A stretch of 64,000 bases of DNA from Minisyncoccota bacterium (GTDB lineage Bacteria > Patescibacteriota > Minisyncoccia > UBA6257 > 2-01-FULL-56-20): contig DATKNL010000009.1 in assembly GCA_035541435.1 (NCBI GenBank), positions 14,687 to 78,686 of the forward strand. Reading direction: 5' to 3'. Below the pieces are notes generated by a model. The model was not told where the DNA came from. It made no database searches and saw only the letters and a list, made by a program, of their open reading frames with translations. This document shows, piece by piece, positions 35,224 to 43,340 of the stretch. The translations under genes were made by a program, and so were the position numbers. Each line of letters opens with the position of its first letter. The first letter of the stretch is position 1.

Positions 35224-36159
35224 TTAGGACTTTTTAACCTGGTCGTAGATGTTGAGGACCGCCTTGATGGCGTCCCCCACCGAGATGTTGTTCTGCTGAT
35301 AGAGCCCGTCCGAAACGTCGCCCGCCGCCCAGATGCCCGGGCAGGACGTCGTCTGCGTCTTCGGGTCGATCACGATGTGGCCGTGGTCGCCCATCGCGAC
35401 GAGGCCCGTGAGGAATTCGGAGTTCGGCAGGAGGCCGACCTCGACGAAGACGCCGTCGAGGGCGATCTGCTGCGTCTCGCCCGATTTCGCGTTCTTCACG
35501 CGGATGCCGTTCACGAACTTGTCGCCGAGGACCTCTTCGACGACGGTGTTCCAGAGGACCTGCACCTGGGGATGCGACTTCACCTTTTCCTGCGAGACCG
35601 GATCGCCGCGCAGCACGTCGGAACGCACGATGAGATGGATCTTCGGCGAATAGGGAATGAGGTCGAGCACGCTCTCGAGCGCGGAATTGCCGCCGCCCAC
35701 GACCGCCGTGGTCTTGCCCTCGAAGAGCGGCGCGTCGCACGTCGTGCAGAAGACCACGCCCTTGCCGTCGAAGGCGTCCTCGCCCGGAACGCCGAGCCGC
35801 TTGCGCCGGCTCCCGGCGGTGACGAGCACGTATTTCGTCTCGAACATCCTGCCGGACTTCGCCGTCACGGCGAACCCGCCGCCCGGAACGCCGAGGTCCT
35901 TCTTTTCGATCTTCGTGACGAGGTCGTCGTCGATGATGTCGATCGCCGGCTGCGCGCGCAGGTGGTCCTCGAGGCTCTTCGCGAAATCGAAGCCCGAGAT
36001 CGCCTTCGTGCCGATCCAGTTCTCGATGCTCGCCGAGTTGACCGCCTGCCCGCCGAAGCTGTCGGTCACGAGCAGCGTCTTCATCTTCTTGCGCGCAGCA
36101 TAAATCCCCGCGGCAACGCCGCCGGGACCGCCGCCGATGATGATGAGGTCATAGGTCAT
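35224..36159 (-). CDS. trxB: Thioredoxin-disulfide reductase
   Basis: FAD motif DLIIIGGGPGGVAAGIYAARK, redox-active CTTCD (VVFCTTCDAPLF), NADPH motif GGGNSALE. Confidence 0.9.
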   Translation of the reverse strand: MTYDLIIIGGGPGGVAAGIYAARKKMKTLLVTDSFGGQAVNSASIENWIGTKAISGFDFAKSLEDHLRAQPAIDIIDDDLVTKIEKKDLGVPGGGFAVTAKSGRMFETKYVLVTAGSRRKRLGVPGEDAFDGKGVVFCTTCDAPLFEGKTTAVVGGGNSALESVLDLIPYSPKIHLIVRSDVLRGDPVSQEKVKSHPQVQVLWNTVVEEVLGDKFVNGIRVKNAKSGETQQIALDGVFVEVGLLPNSEFLTGLVAMGDHGHIVIDPKTQTTSCPGIWAAGDVSDGLYQQNNISVGDAIKAVLNIYDQVKKS

Positions 36160-36214
36160 GGGCTTGAGATCGGAAACCGGAGCGGGGGCGCTCCGGCCGG
36201 ATGGCTGCGAACGG

Positions 36215-36463
36215 TTACTTCTTGAGGTCGAGCACCTGCTCGAGGGTCCGCTGGTCGAAGCCGATGATGATGTTGTCGTCGACCTGGATCACGGGCACGC
36301 CGAGCTGCTGGGTCTTCTCGATCATGTCCTCGCGCGCCTTCGCGTCCGAGGCGACGTTGAGCTCTTCATATGAAACGCCGTTCTTCGCGAAGAATTCCTT
36401 CGCCATCTTGCAGTACACGCACGAGGGCGTGCTATAGATCGTCACTTTATGCGCTGTCGTCAT
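36215..36463 (-). CDS. Glutaredoxin-family protein (NrdH/Grx-like)
   Basis: CVYC active site (VTIYSTPSCVYCKMAKEFF), 82 aa. Confidence 0.8.
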   Translation of the reverse strand: MTTAHKVTIYSTPSCVYCKMAKEFFAKNGVSYEELNVASDAKAREDMIEKTQQLGVPVIQVDDNIIIGFDQRTLEQVLDLKK

Positions 36464-36481
36464 GGGATTGGTTGGTTGGAA

Positions 36482-36670
36482 TTATTGTTCTGAGCCGTGG
36501 GAGGGATGAGGCGACCGTTCCCCGAAGATCTCCCAGGCGTTCATGAGGATGATGGCCGTCCCGGCCGCGAGGTTGCTCCATTTCATGAGCGAGATGTCCG
36601 CGAACCCGAGGAGCCAGGGCGAGGCAAGGATCCAGACGCCGATGAGGAGTGCTACCCACTGCTTGGTCAC
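36482..36670 (-). CDS. Small membrane protein with SPW motif (SPW-repeat family-like)
   Basis: WVALLIGVWILASPWLLGF, 62 aa, 2 TM. Confidence 0.4.
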   Translation of the reverse strand: MTKQWVALLIGVWILASPWLLGFADISLMKWSNLAAGTAIILMNAWEIFGERSPHPSHGSEQ

Positions 36671-36700
36671 GTCTTCATTTTAGAACGCCGTGGGTCGAAG

Positions 36701-37327
36701 TCAACGAGCGGCGCCGGCGGCCATGGGCTTGGCGGGTACGGCGGCGGCCATGCGGGCCGTCTTGAGCGCATTCGCCCACCACATGAGCTGCTCGAGCATG
36801 CCGTTTTTCATGCCTTCGACAGGCGCGAAGAGCTCTGGCGTCACCTTGTCGGCCTCGGCGATCGCGGCATAGACCGGCCACTGGATGTGCACGGCATTCC
36901 GGATCGGAGCCATCTGCAGCTCGATCACGACCGTGCGCAGCTGTTCGACCGAACGGGCACCCCCGACGCCGCCGTAGCTCACGAAGGCGACCGGCTTGCG
37001 GTTCCACTCGCGAGAGACATAGTCGAGCGCATTCTTGAGGACCGCCGGATAGCCGTGGCTGTACTCGGCCGTCACGATGATGAAGGCGTCGCCGTCGGCG
37101 ATCTTCCTCGTCCAGGCCTGGACGACGGGATTCGCGTAGGGCTCCTTGATCATGCTCGGCGAGACCGGCTCGTTGAAGAACGGCAGCTTGTAGTCGCGAA
37201 GGTCGAGCAGTTCCACCTCGACGCCAGGCAGCTTGGCTGCCTCGTCGGCGATCCAGCGCGCCGGCTTGTCGCCGAAGCGGCCTTCGCGGGTCGTTCCCGA
37301 AATTACCTTGATGCGGATTGGTTCCAT
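36701..37327 (-). CDS. NAD(P)H-dependent FMN reductase
   Basis: IKVISGTTREGRFGDKPARWIADEA...DAFIIVTAEYSHGYPAVLKNALDYV, flavodoxin-like FMN_red family. Confidence 0.8.
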   Translation of the reverse strand: MEPIRIKVISGTTREGRFGDKPARWIADEAAKLPGVEVELLDLRDYKLPFFNEPVSPSMIKEPYANPVVQAWTRKIADGDAFIIVTAEYSHGYPAVLKNALDYVSREWNRKPVAFVSYGGVGGARSVEQLRTVVIELQMAPIRNAVHIQWPVYAAIAEADKVTPELFAPVEGMKNGMLEQLMWWANALKTARMAAAVPAKPMAAGAAR

Positions 37328-37353
37328 GTGAGTTGTTAACTATTTATTAATGA

Positions 37354-37662
37354 TTATTTGACCTTTGAGGATTTTACCGGACGGGCGTCCCGGCTCAGTT
37401 TCGCGAGAAGCTCGAGCAGGTATTCGGCGTTCATGGCATAGAAGACCTCCTTGCCCCGCCGTTCGTCGACGACCAGATTGCATGACTTGAGCGTCTTCAG
37501 GTGCTGCGAAACCGCCGGCTGGCTGAGCTTCGTGATTATGACGAGCTCGCCCACGGTCTTGCGCCCCTTGAGGAGCGCCTGGATGAGGCGGTAGCGGGAG
37601 GCGTTGCCGATCCCCTTCCCGAACCGCTCGATTTCCTTGCAGTTGTCGGCCATATAAATCAT
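37354..37662 (-). CDS. ArsR/SmtB family transcriptional regulator
   Basis: RYRLIQALLKGRKTVGELVIITKLSQPAVSQHLKTLKSCNLV, a winged HTH. Confidence 0.8.
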   Translation of the reverse strand: MIYMADNCKEIERFGKGIGNASRYRLIQALLKGRKTVGELVIITKLSQPAVSQHLKTLKSCNLVVDERRGKEVFYAMNAEYLLELLAKLSRDARPVKSSKVK

Positions 37663-37705
37663 TATATTCGCATATCCTTATATGTCAAGAGGGGGCCGAT
37701 CGCGA

Positions 37706-37733
37706 CGAAAAAGCCCGCCTAGGCAGGCGGGCG
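37706..37733 (-). terminator. Rho-independent terminator
   Basis: GCCCGCC-TAGGCA-GGCGGGC hairpin followed by TTTTT on the minus strand. Confidence 0.5.
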
Positions 37734-37748
37734 GGCGGGCCGATAACG

Positions 37749-37910
37749 TCAGTATCTTCGACGAGGTCCGGACATGCGAATCGCGTCAAGCAGGACTCGG
37801 CGAACTTCTTGGGCTTCCGCTTCGATATTGATCCCTTCTTCTTTGGCTTCCGTAAGAATTTCCTCGTCAGTGGCACGGAGGACGTCTTCCGGGGTCTGAA
37901 ACCGTTTCAT
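37749..37910 (-). CDS. Possible small protein (53 aa) MKRFQTPEDVLRATDEEILTEAKEEGINIEAEAQEVRRVLLDAIRMSGPRRRY
   Basis: Alternative frame to the track's 63-aa ORF. Has a GAGGTG RBS 5 nt upstream of the ATG and ends right at the terminator hairpin. Confidence 0.3.
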   Translation of the reverse strand: MKRFQTPEDVLRATDEEILTEAKEEGINIEAEAQEVRRVLLDAIRMSGPRRRY

Positions 37911-37987
37911 GATGCACCTCGCTAAGGGTCATGGTACGACTTCGACCGCGAAGCCGCAAGCGGGCGGCGGATATCCAAGAGGACGCG

Positions 37988-38803
37988 TTATTTCGCCGTG
38001 AGCGCCGCATCGATCGCCTGCTTGTAAGTCGCATAGGGTTCCGCGCCGAGGATCTGCGTGCCGTTGATGAAGAACGTCGGGGTCGAGTTCACGCCGGCGG
38101 CGCCTGCCTGGGACATTTCGGCGGTCACGGTGCTCGATTCGGAATCATTCGCAACGCACTTCGTGAATGTCGGAACGTCAAGGCCGACCTTCTGCGCGAG
38201 CGAGACAAGCTTGGCCTGCGAGAAGAATCCGTCGTCCTCCCGTCCGCCCGCCTGGGCGTCGGCGACCTTCGCGGCATAGAGGGCGTCATGATAGGGCCAG
38301 AGCTTGCCCTGGTCGTTCGCACATTCGGCGGCCTCGGCGGCGAGGGTCGATTCGGGACCGAGGAACGCGAAGTTCCTGAAGACCATGCGCACCTTGCCGT
38401 TGTTCACGTAATCCTTGATGATCTGCTGCTCGGTCTGCGCATAGAAGAGGCCGCAGTATGGGCACTGGTAGTCGCCGTATTCGACGAGCGTGACCGGCGC
38501 GTTCTTGTCGCCGAGGACCGCGTCGCGCGGACCAAGCTTCATGACGTCGGCCGGCGTGAGCGTCCCGGCCTGGACGCCGGCACCGGTACCGCCGCCGTTC
38601 TGCGCGCCCGCTCCCCCGTCGGAAGGACGGTAGAGGGTCGAGAAGACGATCGAGCCGCCGATCACGGCTGCGGCGATGAGGATGCTGAACGGCAGGAACC
38701 TGTCGTTCCGCGCCGATGTCGAGGCGGGAACTTCGGTTCGCACCTCTTCGATTTCGATCATGGCGCCGTCGCGGCCCGAATCGTCATGCTGCATGACACC
38801 CAT
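37988..38803 (-). CDS. DsbA-family thiol:disulfide oxidoreductase (membrane-anchored/secreted)
   Basis: CPYC active site (YGDYQCPYCGLFYAQ); N-terminal TM FLPFSILIAAAVIGGSIVF. Start codon uncertain (ATG at ~38803, 38794 or 38761). Confidence 0.75.
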   Translation of the reverse strand: MGVMQHDDSGRDGAMIEIEEVRTEVPASTSARNDRFLPFSILIAAAVIGGSIVFSTLYRPSDGGAGAQNGGGTGAGVQAGTLTPADVMKLGPRDAVLGDKNAPVTLVEYGDYQCPYCGLFYAQTEQQIIKDYVNNGKVRMVFRNFAFLGPESTLAAEAAECANDQGKLWPYHDALYAAKVADAQAGGREDDGFFSQAKLVSLAQKVGLDVPTFTKCVANDSESSTVTAEMSQAGAAGVNSTPTFFINGTQILGAEPYATYKQAIDAALTAK

Positions 38804-38878
38804 TATACCGCCCGCGGGCGGGTGCCGCAATCCCGCCGCGCATGCAACGCATCCGTCCCCCTGCGGTATAATGGAAGG

Positions 38879-39478
38879 ATGTCGCAAGCATCATCGATTT
38901 TCGCGTGGCTCATCGCCTATCGCTACATCGTCGCCTATCCGCTCGCGATCATAGAGGGCCCGATCGTCATGATGGTGTCCGGATTCCTCGTCCGGCTCAA
39001 CTTCTTCGACTTCTGGCCGATCTATCTCACGCTCATCGCCGGCGACCTCACAGGCGACGTCATCTGGTACATGGTCGGCCGCCATGGCGGACGGCCGCTC
39101 ATCGAGAAGTACGGCAAGTGGATCAACATCTCGCAGGAGAACGTCGAGCGCGCCGAGGAGTTCTTCAACGAGCACCAGACGAAGATCCTTTTCATCTCCA
39201 AGCTCACGACCGGATTCGGGTTCGCCATCGCGACGCTCATCGCCGCCGGGGCGACCAAGGTCCCGTTCAGGAAATACATCACGATCAACTTCTTCGGCGA
39301 ATTCATCTGGGCGGGATTCCTCTTCGCGATCGGCTATTTCTTCGGCAACCTCTACACGTGGGTCGACAAGAGCCTGCGCTGGGGCTTCATCACGGGCCTC
39401 GTCGTCGTCGCGGTCCTCGCCGTGTGGGGCTTCGGCAAAGTGATGCGCCGCCGGTTCGGCGCCCCGCCGAGATTCTGA
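38879..39478 (+). CDS. DedA family membrane protein (second paralogue)
   Basis: YRYIVAYPLAIIEGPIVMMVSGFL...LTLIAGDLTGDVIWYMVGRHGGRPLIEKYGKW. TATAAT -10 and GGAAGG RBS directly upstream. Divergent from dsbA. Confidence 0.8.
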   Translation: MSQASSIFAWLIAYRYIVAYPLAIIEGPIVMMVSGFLVRLNFFDFWPIYLTLIAGDLTGDVIWYMVGRHGGRPLIEKYGKWINISQENVERAEEFFNEHQTKILFISKLTTGFGFAIATLIAAGATKVPFRKYITINFFGEFIWAGFLFAIGYFFGNLYTWVDKSLRWGFITGLVVVAVLAVWGFGKVMRRRFGAPPRF

Positions 39479-39493
39479 TCGTTCGCTACGACA

Positions 39494-40219
39494 ATGGATC
39501 CCCTCATATCGATCATCATCCCGACCTTCAACGAGGAGAAGACCATCGAGAAGACCGTCAGGCAGTTCGAGCGGCTGAGGACGCCGCACGAGACGATCGT
39601 TTCGGATTCCATGAGCACCGACCGCACGGTCGAGATCGCGAAGTCGTGTGCCGACACGGTCGCGCTCCTTCCGGCCTCGAAGAAGCCGGGCGTCTCGCCG
39701 GCCCGCAATGACGGCGTGGCCGTCTCGCACGGCCGCTATCTCGTCTTCATCGATTCGGACACGTTCGTCCCCGATCCCGACGCGTTCTTCGCCAAGCTCC
39801 TCGCGCGCTTCGAGCGCGAGCCGCGCCTCGTGGGCATCTCGGTGAAGATCATGATCGTGAGGGAGCTCGCGACCCGCAGCGACCGCGCGGTCTCGTTCCT
39901 CATGAACTTCTGGTTCTGGTTCTCGAACAAGTATTTCAACGCCGGCCTCGCGTCGGGCAAGTTCATCATGGTGAAGGCCGATGCCTTCAGGAAGGCCGGC
40001 GGGTTCGACGAGCGCCTCAAGACCGCCGAGGACGTGGACCTGTTCAGCAAGCTCTCGAAAATCGGTGACGTGCGGACGGCATGGGACCTCGCGGTCTATC
40101 ACGAAGGGCGGCGCTTTCACCACATGGGCGCCTGGATGACGCTGTTCAAATGGATCCACAACGGCATCTCGTACTGGCTCTTCAAGAAGCCGTCGGACAC
40201 CTGGGAACCGGTCCGCTGA
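39494..40219 (+). CDS. Glycosyltransferase family 2
   Basis: ISIIIPTFNEEKTIEKTV..., VFIDSDTFV (DxD), AEDVDLF. Confidence 0.85.
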   Translation: MDPLISIIIPTFNEEKTIEKTVRQFERLRTPHETIVSDSMSTDRTVEIAKSCADTVALLPASKKPGVSPARNDGVAVSHGRYLVFIDSDTFVPDPDAFFAKLLARFEREPRLVGISVKIMIVRELATRSDRAVSFLMNFWFWFSNKYFNAGLASGKFIMVKADAFRKAGGFDERLKTAEDVDLFSKLSKIGDVRTAWDLAVYHEGRRFHHMGAWMTLFKWIHNGISYWLFKKPSDTWEPVR

Positions 40220-40264
40220 GGCGGCCCCGTCCGGCGAGGCGGGGCGACCTGCTACACTAAGGGT

Positions 40265-41221
40265 ATGCGCGCCAAACTGAGTTTCGTCATTCCCGCCTAT
40301 AACGAGGAGCACTACCTGGGCGACTGCCTCGACACGATCATCAAGGAGGTCTCGGGGCGCGACGACGTCGAGATCGTCGTGGCGGACAACAATTCGAGCG
40401 ACCGCACGATCGCCGTCGCCGAGGAGCGCAAGGCGAAGTTCCCGAACCTCGTCGTCGTCAAGGAGACGCGGCGCGGCGCGAACCGCACCCGGCAGACCGG
40501 CTTCGAGTCCTCGCACGGCGAGATCATCGCCTTCATCGACGCCGACACGAAGATGCCGGCGGGATGGGTCGCGACCGTCGAACGCGAGTTCGCGCTCCAT
40601 CCGAAGGTCGTCTGCGTGAGCGGACCGTTCATCTATTACGACCTCTCGCCCGGCATCCGCGCGCTCGTCAAGATGTTCTATGTCTGGGGTTACGTCATCT
40701 ATCTCATCGGGCGCGGGATCTTCCATCGCACGACGATCATCCAGGGCGGCAACTATGCCGTCCGCCGCCAGGCGCTCGAGAAGATCGGCGGGCAGGACGT
40801 GAGCATCGTCTTCTATGGCGACGATACCGACCTTGCCGTGCGCCTGAGCCGCATCGGCATCGTGAAATTCTCGTTCGCCATGCCGATCCTCACCTCGGGC
40901 CGCCGGCTCGCGAAGGAAGGCACGTTCACCATGGGCTTCCGCTATGCGCTCAACAACTTCTGGATGACGGTCTTCCGCCGGCCGTTCACGATGGACGCGA
41001 AGACGGTCCGGTTCGAGAACGGCACCGTATACCAGCCCGAGAACAAAAACCGCGAGCGGCTCATCGCCGTCGTCTTCACCTCGATCGTCGTGCTGTTCTT
41101 CGTGGCCCTCGTGCTGGTCGCCTATTACGTCCTGAAGGCCGGGGCCTTCGGAACGGTCTCGCTCGCGCACCTCTTTTCGGGCGCCCGCGAGTCCGCCGCG
41201 CCGATTTCCAGTTCGCCCTGA
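40265..41221 (+). CDS. Glycosyltransferase family 2 with C-terminal TM
   Basis: LSFVIPAYNEEHYLGDCLDTI, AFIDADTKM (DxD), C-terminal TM IAVVFTSIVVLFFVALVLVAYYVL. Confidence 0.85.
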   Translation: MRAKLSFVIPAYNEEHYLGDCLDTIIKEVSGRDDVEIVVADNNSSDRTIAVAEERKAKFPNLVVVKETRRGANRTRQTGFESSHGEIIAFIDADTKMPAGWVATVEREFALHPKVVCVSGPFIYYDLSPGIRALVKMFYVWGYVIYLIGRGIFHRTTIIQGGNYAVRRQALEKIGGQDVSIVFYGDDTDLAVRLSRIGIVKFSFAMPILTSGRRLAKEGTFTMGFRYALNNFWMTVFRRPFTMDAKTVRFENGTVYQPENKNRERLIAVVFTSIVVLFFVALVLVAYYVLKAGAFGTVSLAHLFSGARESAAPISSSP

Positions 41222-41267
41222 AATGTGATAAAAGGATTGTGCGGCCGCGAAGCCGGCCCGCAGCCCC

Positions 41268-42599
41268 ATGGGTAACCGATTCAAGATATTCCTGTTCGTC
41301 GTCGGGGATGCCGTGGCCCTGTACCTCGGCCTTTTTCTTACGCTCTTCATCCGCTATGGCGCGGATTTTTATGGCGAGTTCCTCGACGCGCACGCGCTCC
41401 CGTTCACCGTCGTCTTCGCGCTCTGGCTCGTCCTGTTCTATGTGTCGGGCCTTTATGACCTGCGCCGGCTGCGCAACAACCTTGATTTCATAAAGACGCT
41501 CTTCCTCGCGGTCGCCGTGAACGCGGTGATCGCCGTGCTGCTCTTCTATCTCGTGCCCGCGTTCGGCATCGCGCCGAAAACCAACCTGCTGATCTTCATC
41601 GCCGTCTTCGCCGTGGTCGAGATCGCCTGGCGGCGCCTGGCGAACCGGCTCATGACGTTCGGCGAGTCCCCGAACCGCGTCCTCGTCATCGGCGACGGCC
41701 CGGCGGTGGACGACGTCACGCGGACGATCCGCGAGAACCCGCAGCTCGGCTATGAGATCAGGGCCGAGCTCGGGGAGGGCGAGGCCTATCGCGCGCCCGA
41801 GGCGCTGAAGGACATCGCCCGGCGCGAACGGGTCACGATGATCGTCGTGCCGCACGCGCTGAAGCGCGACGCCCGGCTCACCCGCACGCTCTATGAGCTG
41901 TTCGGCAGCGGCCTTGCCGTCGTCGACCTCGTCGCGTTCTACGAGACCATCATGCGCAAGGTGCCGCTCCCGGACCTCGAGGAGGCGTGGCTCATCGAGA
42001 ACATCGCCGCGGAAGTCCGGTTCTATGACCAGCTGAAGCGGGCGGCGGAATTCCTAGGCGCCCTCGTCCTCGGCATCGTGCTCCTGCCGCTCGAGCTCCT
42101 GATCGCGCTCCTCGTCCGGCTCACCTCGCGCGGGCCCGTCATCTATAAGCAGGTGCGCGTCGGCGAGAAGGAGCGCCCGTTCACGCTCTATAAGTTCCGG
42201 ACCATGCGCGTCGACGCCGAAAAGGACGGGGCCGTCTGGGCCTCGGTGCGCGATCCGCGCGCGACGCCCATCGGACATTTCCTGAGGCTCTCTCATTTCG
42301 ACGAGCTCCCGCAGCTCTGGAACATCGTGAAGGGCGACATCTCGTTCGTGGGCCCTCGCCCCGAGCGCCCCGAGTTCGTCGAGAAGCTCAAGCGGCAGAT
42401 CCCCTATTACGAGGTGCGCCTGCTCATCAAGCCGGGCGTCACCGGATGGGCGCAGATCAACTATCACAAAGACGCGACGGCCGAAGACGTCATGCAGAAG
42501 CTCGAATACGACATCTATTACCTGAAGAACCGCTCGATCGTGCTCGATTGGGCGATCATCCTGAAGACGCTGAAGGCGATCGTCTCGAATCCCGAATAG
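41268..42599 (+). CDS. Polyprenyl-phosphate sugar phosphotransferase (WbaP/exopolysaccharide priming glycosyltransferase family)
   Basis: Bacterial sugar transferase C-domain: VIYKQVRVGEKERPFTLYKFRTMRVDAE...LRLSHFDELPQLWNIVKGDISFVGPRPERPEFV...GVTGWAQINY. 4-5 N-terminal TM. Confidence 0.85.
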   Translation: MGNRFKIFLFVVGDAVALYLGLFLTLFIRYGADFYGEFLDAHALPFTVVFALWLVLFYVSGLYDLRRLRNNLDFIKTLFLAVAVNAVIAVLLFYLVPAFGIAPKTNLLIFIAVFAVVEIAWRRLANRLMTFGESPNRVLVIGDGPAVDDVTRTIRENPQLGYEIRAELGEGEAYRAPEALKDIARRERVTMIVVPHALKRDARLTRTLYELFGSGLAVVDLVAFYETIMRKVPLPDLEEAWLIENIAAEVRFYDQLKRAAEFLGALVLGIVLLPLELLIALLVRLTSRGPVIYKQVRVGEKERPFTLYKFRTMRVDAEKDGAVWASVRDPRATPIGHFLRLSHFDELPQLWNIVKGDISFVGPRPERPEFVEKLKRQIPYYEVRLLIKPGVTGWAQINYHKDATAEDVMQKLEYDIYYLKNRSIVLDWAIILKTLKAIVSNPE

Positions 42600-42637
42600 G
42601 GCCGCGCGCGGCCCGAAGCCGAACGCAAGCGCGGGCG

Positions 42638-43150
42638 CTATGCAAGCTGCGCGCCGTTCTTGCGCGCCTTGTCGAGAAGCCAGGAGCTTGACTGCACCTT
42701 GCCGCCGCGGCCGAGGTTGAAGATCATCTCGATGCCCAGTTCGCGGCAGGCGTTGATGTCCTTATAGAGCGACGATGCCGGATCGGCGGCGTTCTTCTCG
42801 TCCCGGTCGCCGCCGTTCGCGAAGATCGTCGGCCTGATCTCAGCGAGCATATGGACCACGCTCATGTCCTTCGGATCGGACTCGTGCTTCGTGAGCACCA
42901 CGCGGTCGACGGCGCGGAGCCCCTCGATGACCTCTTTGCGCTCCTGTTCGGACATGAAGGCATAGCCCTTCTTCTTCTTGATCCAGTTGTCGTTGTTCAG
43001 GATGACGACCAGCTCGTCGCCGAGCGCCTTTGCGGCCTCGAACATCCGGACGTGCCCGATATGGATCGGATCGAACCCGCCGCTCACCGCGACGACGACC
43101 TTCTTGCGACCGTCACTGCTGACGCTTCCCTCTTCTTTATTGCTGTGCAT
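42638..43150 (-). CDS. Cytidylyltransferase (TagD / glycerol-3-phosphate cytidylyltransferase-like, RfaE-II family)
   Basis: VVVAVSGGFDPIHIGHVRMFEAAKALGDELVVILNND matches TagD ([33 protein letters not shown]). Confidence 0.75.
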   Translation of the reverse strand: MHSNKEEGSVSSDGRKKVVVAVSGGFDPIHIGHVRMFEAAKALGDELVVILNNDNWIKKKKGYAFMSEQERKEVIEGLRAVDRVVLTKHESDPKDMSVVHMLAEIRPTIFANGGDRDEKNAADPASSLYKDINACRELGIEMIFNLGRGGKVQSSSWLLDKARKNGAQLA

Positions 43151-43340
43151 GGTTGTTATCGGGCGAATCCGCCCAGATGGATCGCATGCGCGAGCGCATA
43201 CCAGACGGCGGCAATCACAATGATGATCGCGGCCGCGGTGGCGCCTGCGCGTGCCTTCGACATGCCTTCATTATAAATCACCTTCTGCGGCGGCGGTCCA
43301 GCCCGGCACCGCCGCGCGATTTTATCGATAATTGCATTCA

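Noticed and set aside
37685-37876. Track ORF of 63 aa (MPLTRKFLRKPKKKGSISKRKPKK...)
   Set aside because: Lys/Arg-rich and low-complexity. An alternative 53-aa frame (37749..37910) has a GAGGTG RBS and ends exactly at a terminator, so that one was reported instead, at low confidence.
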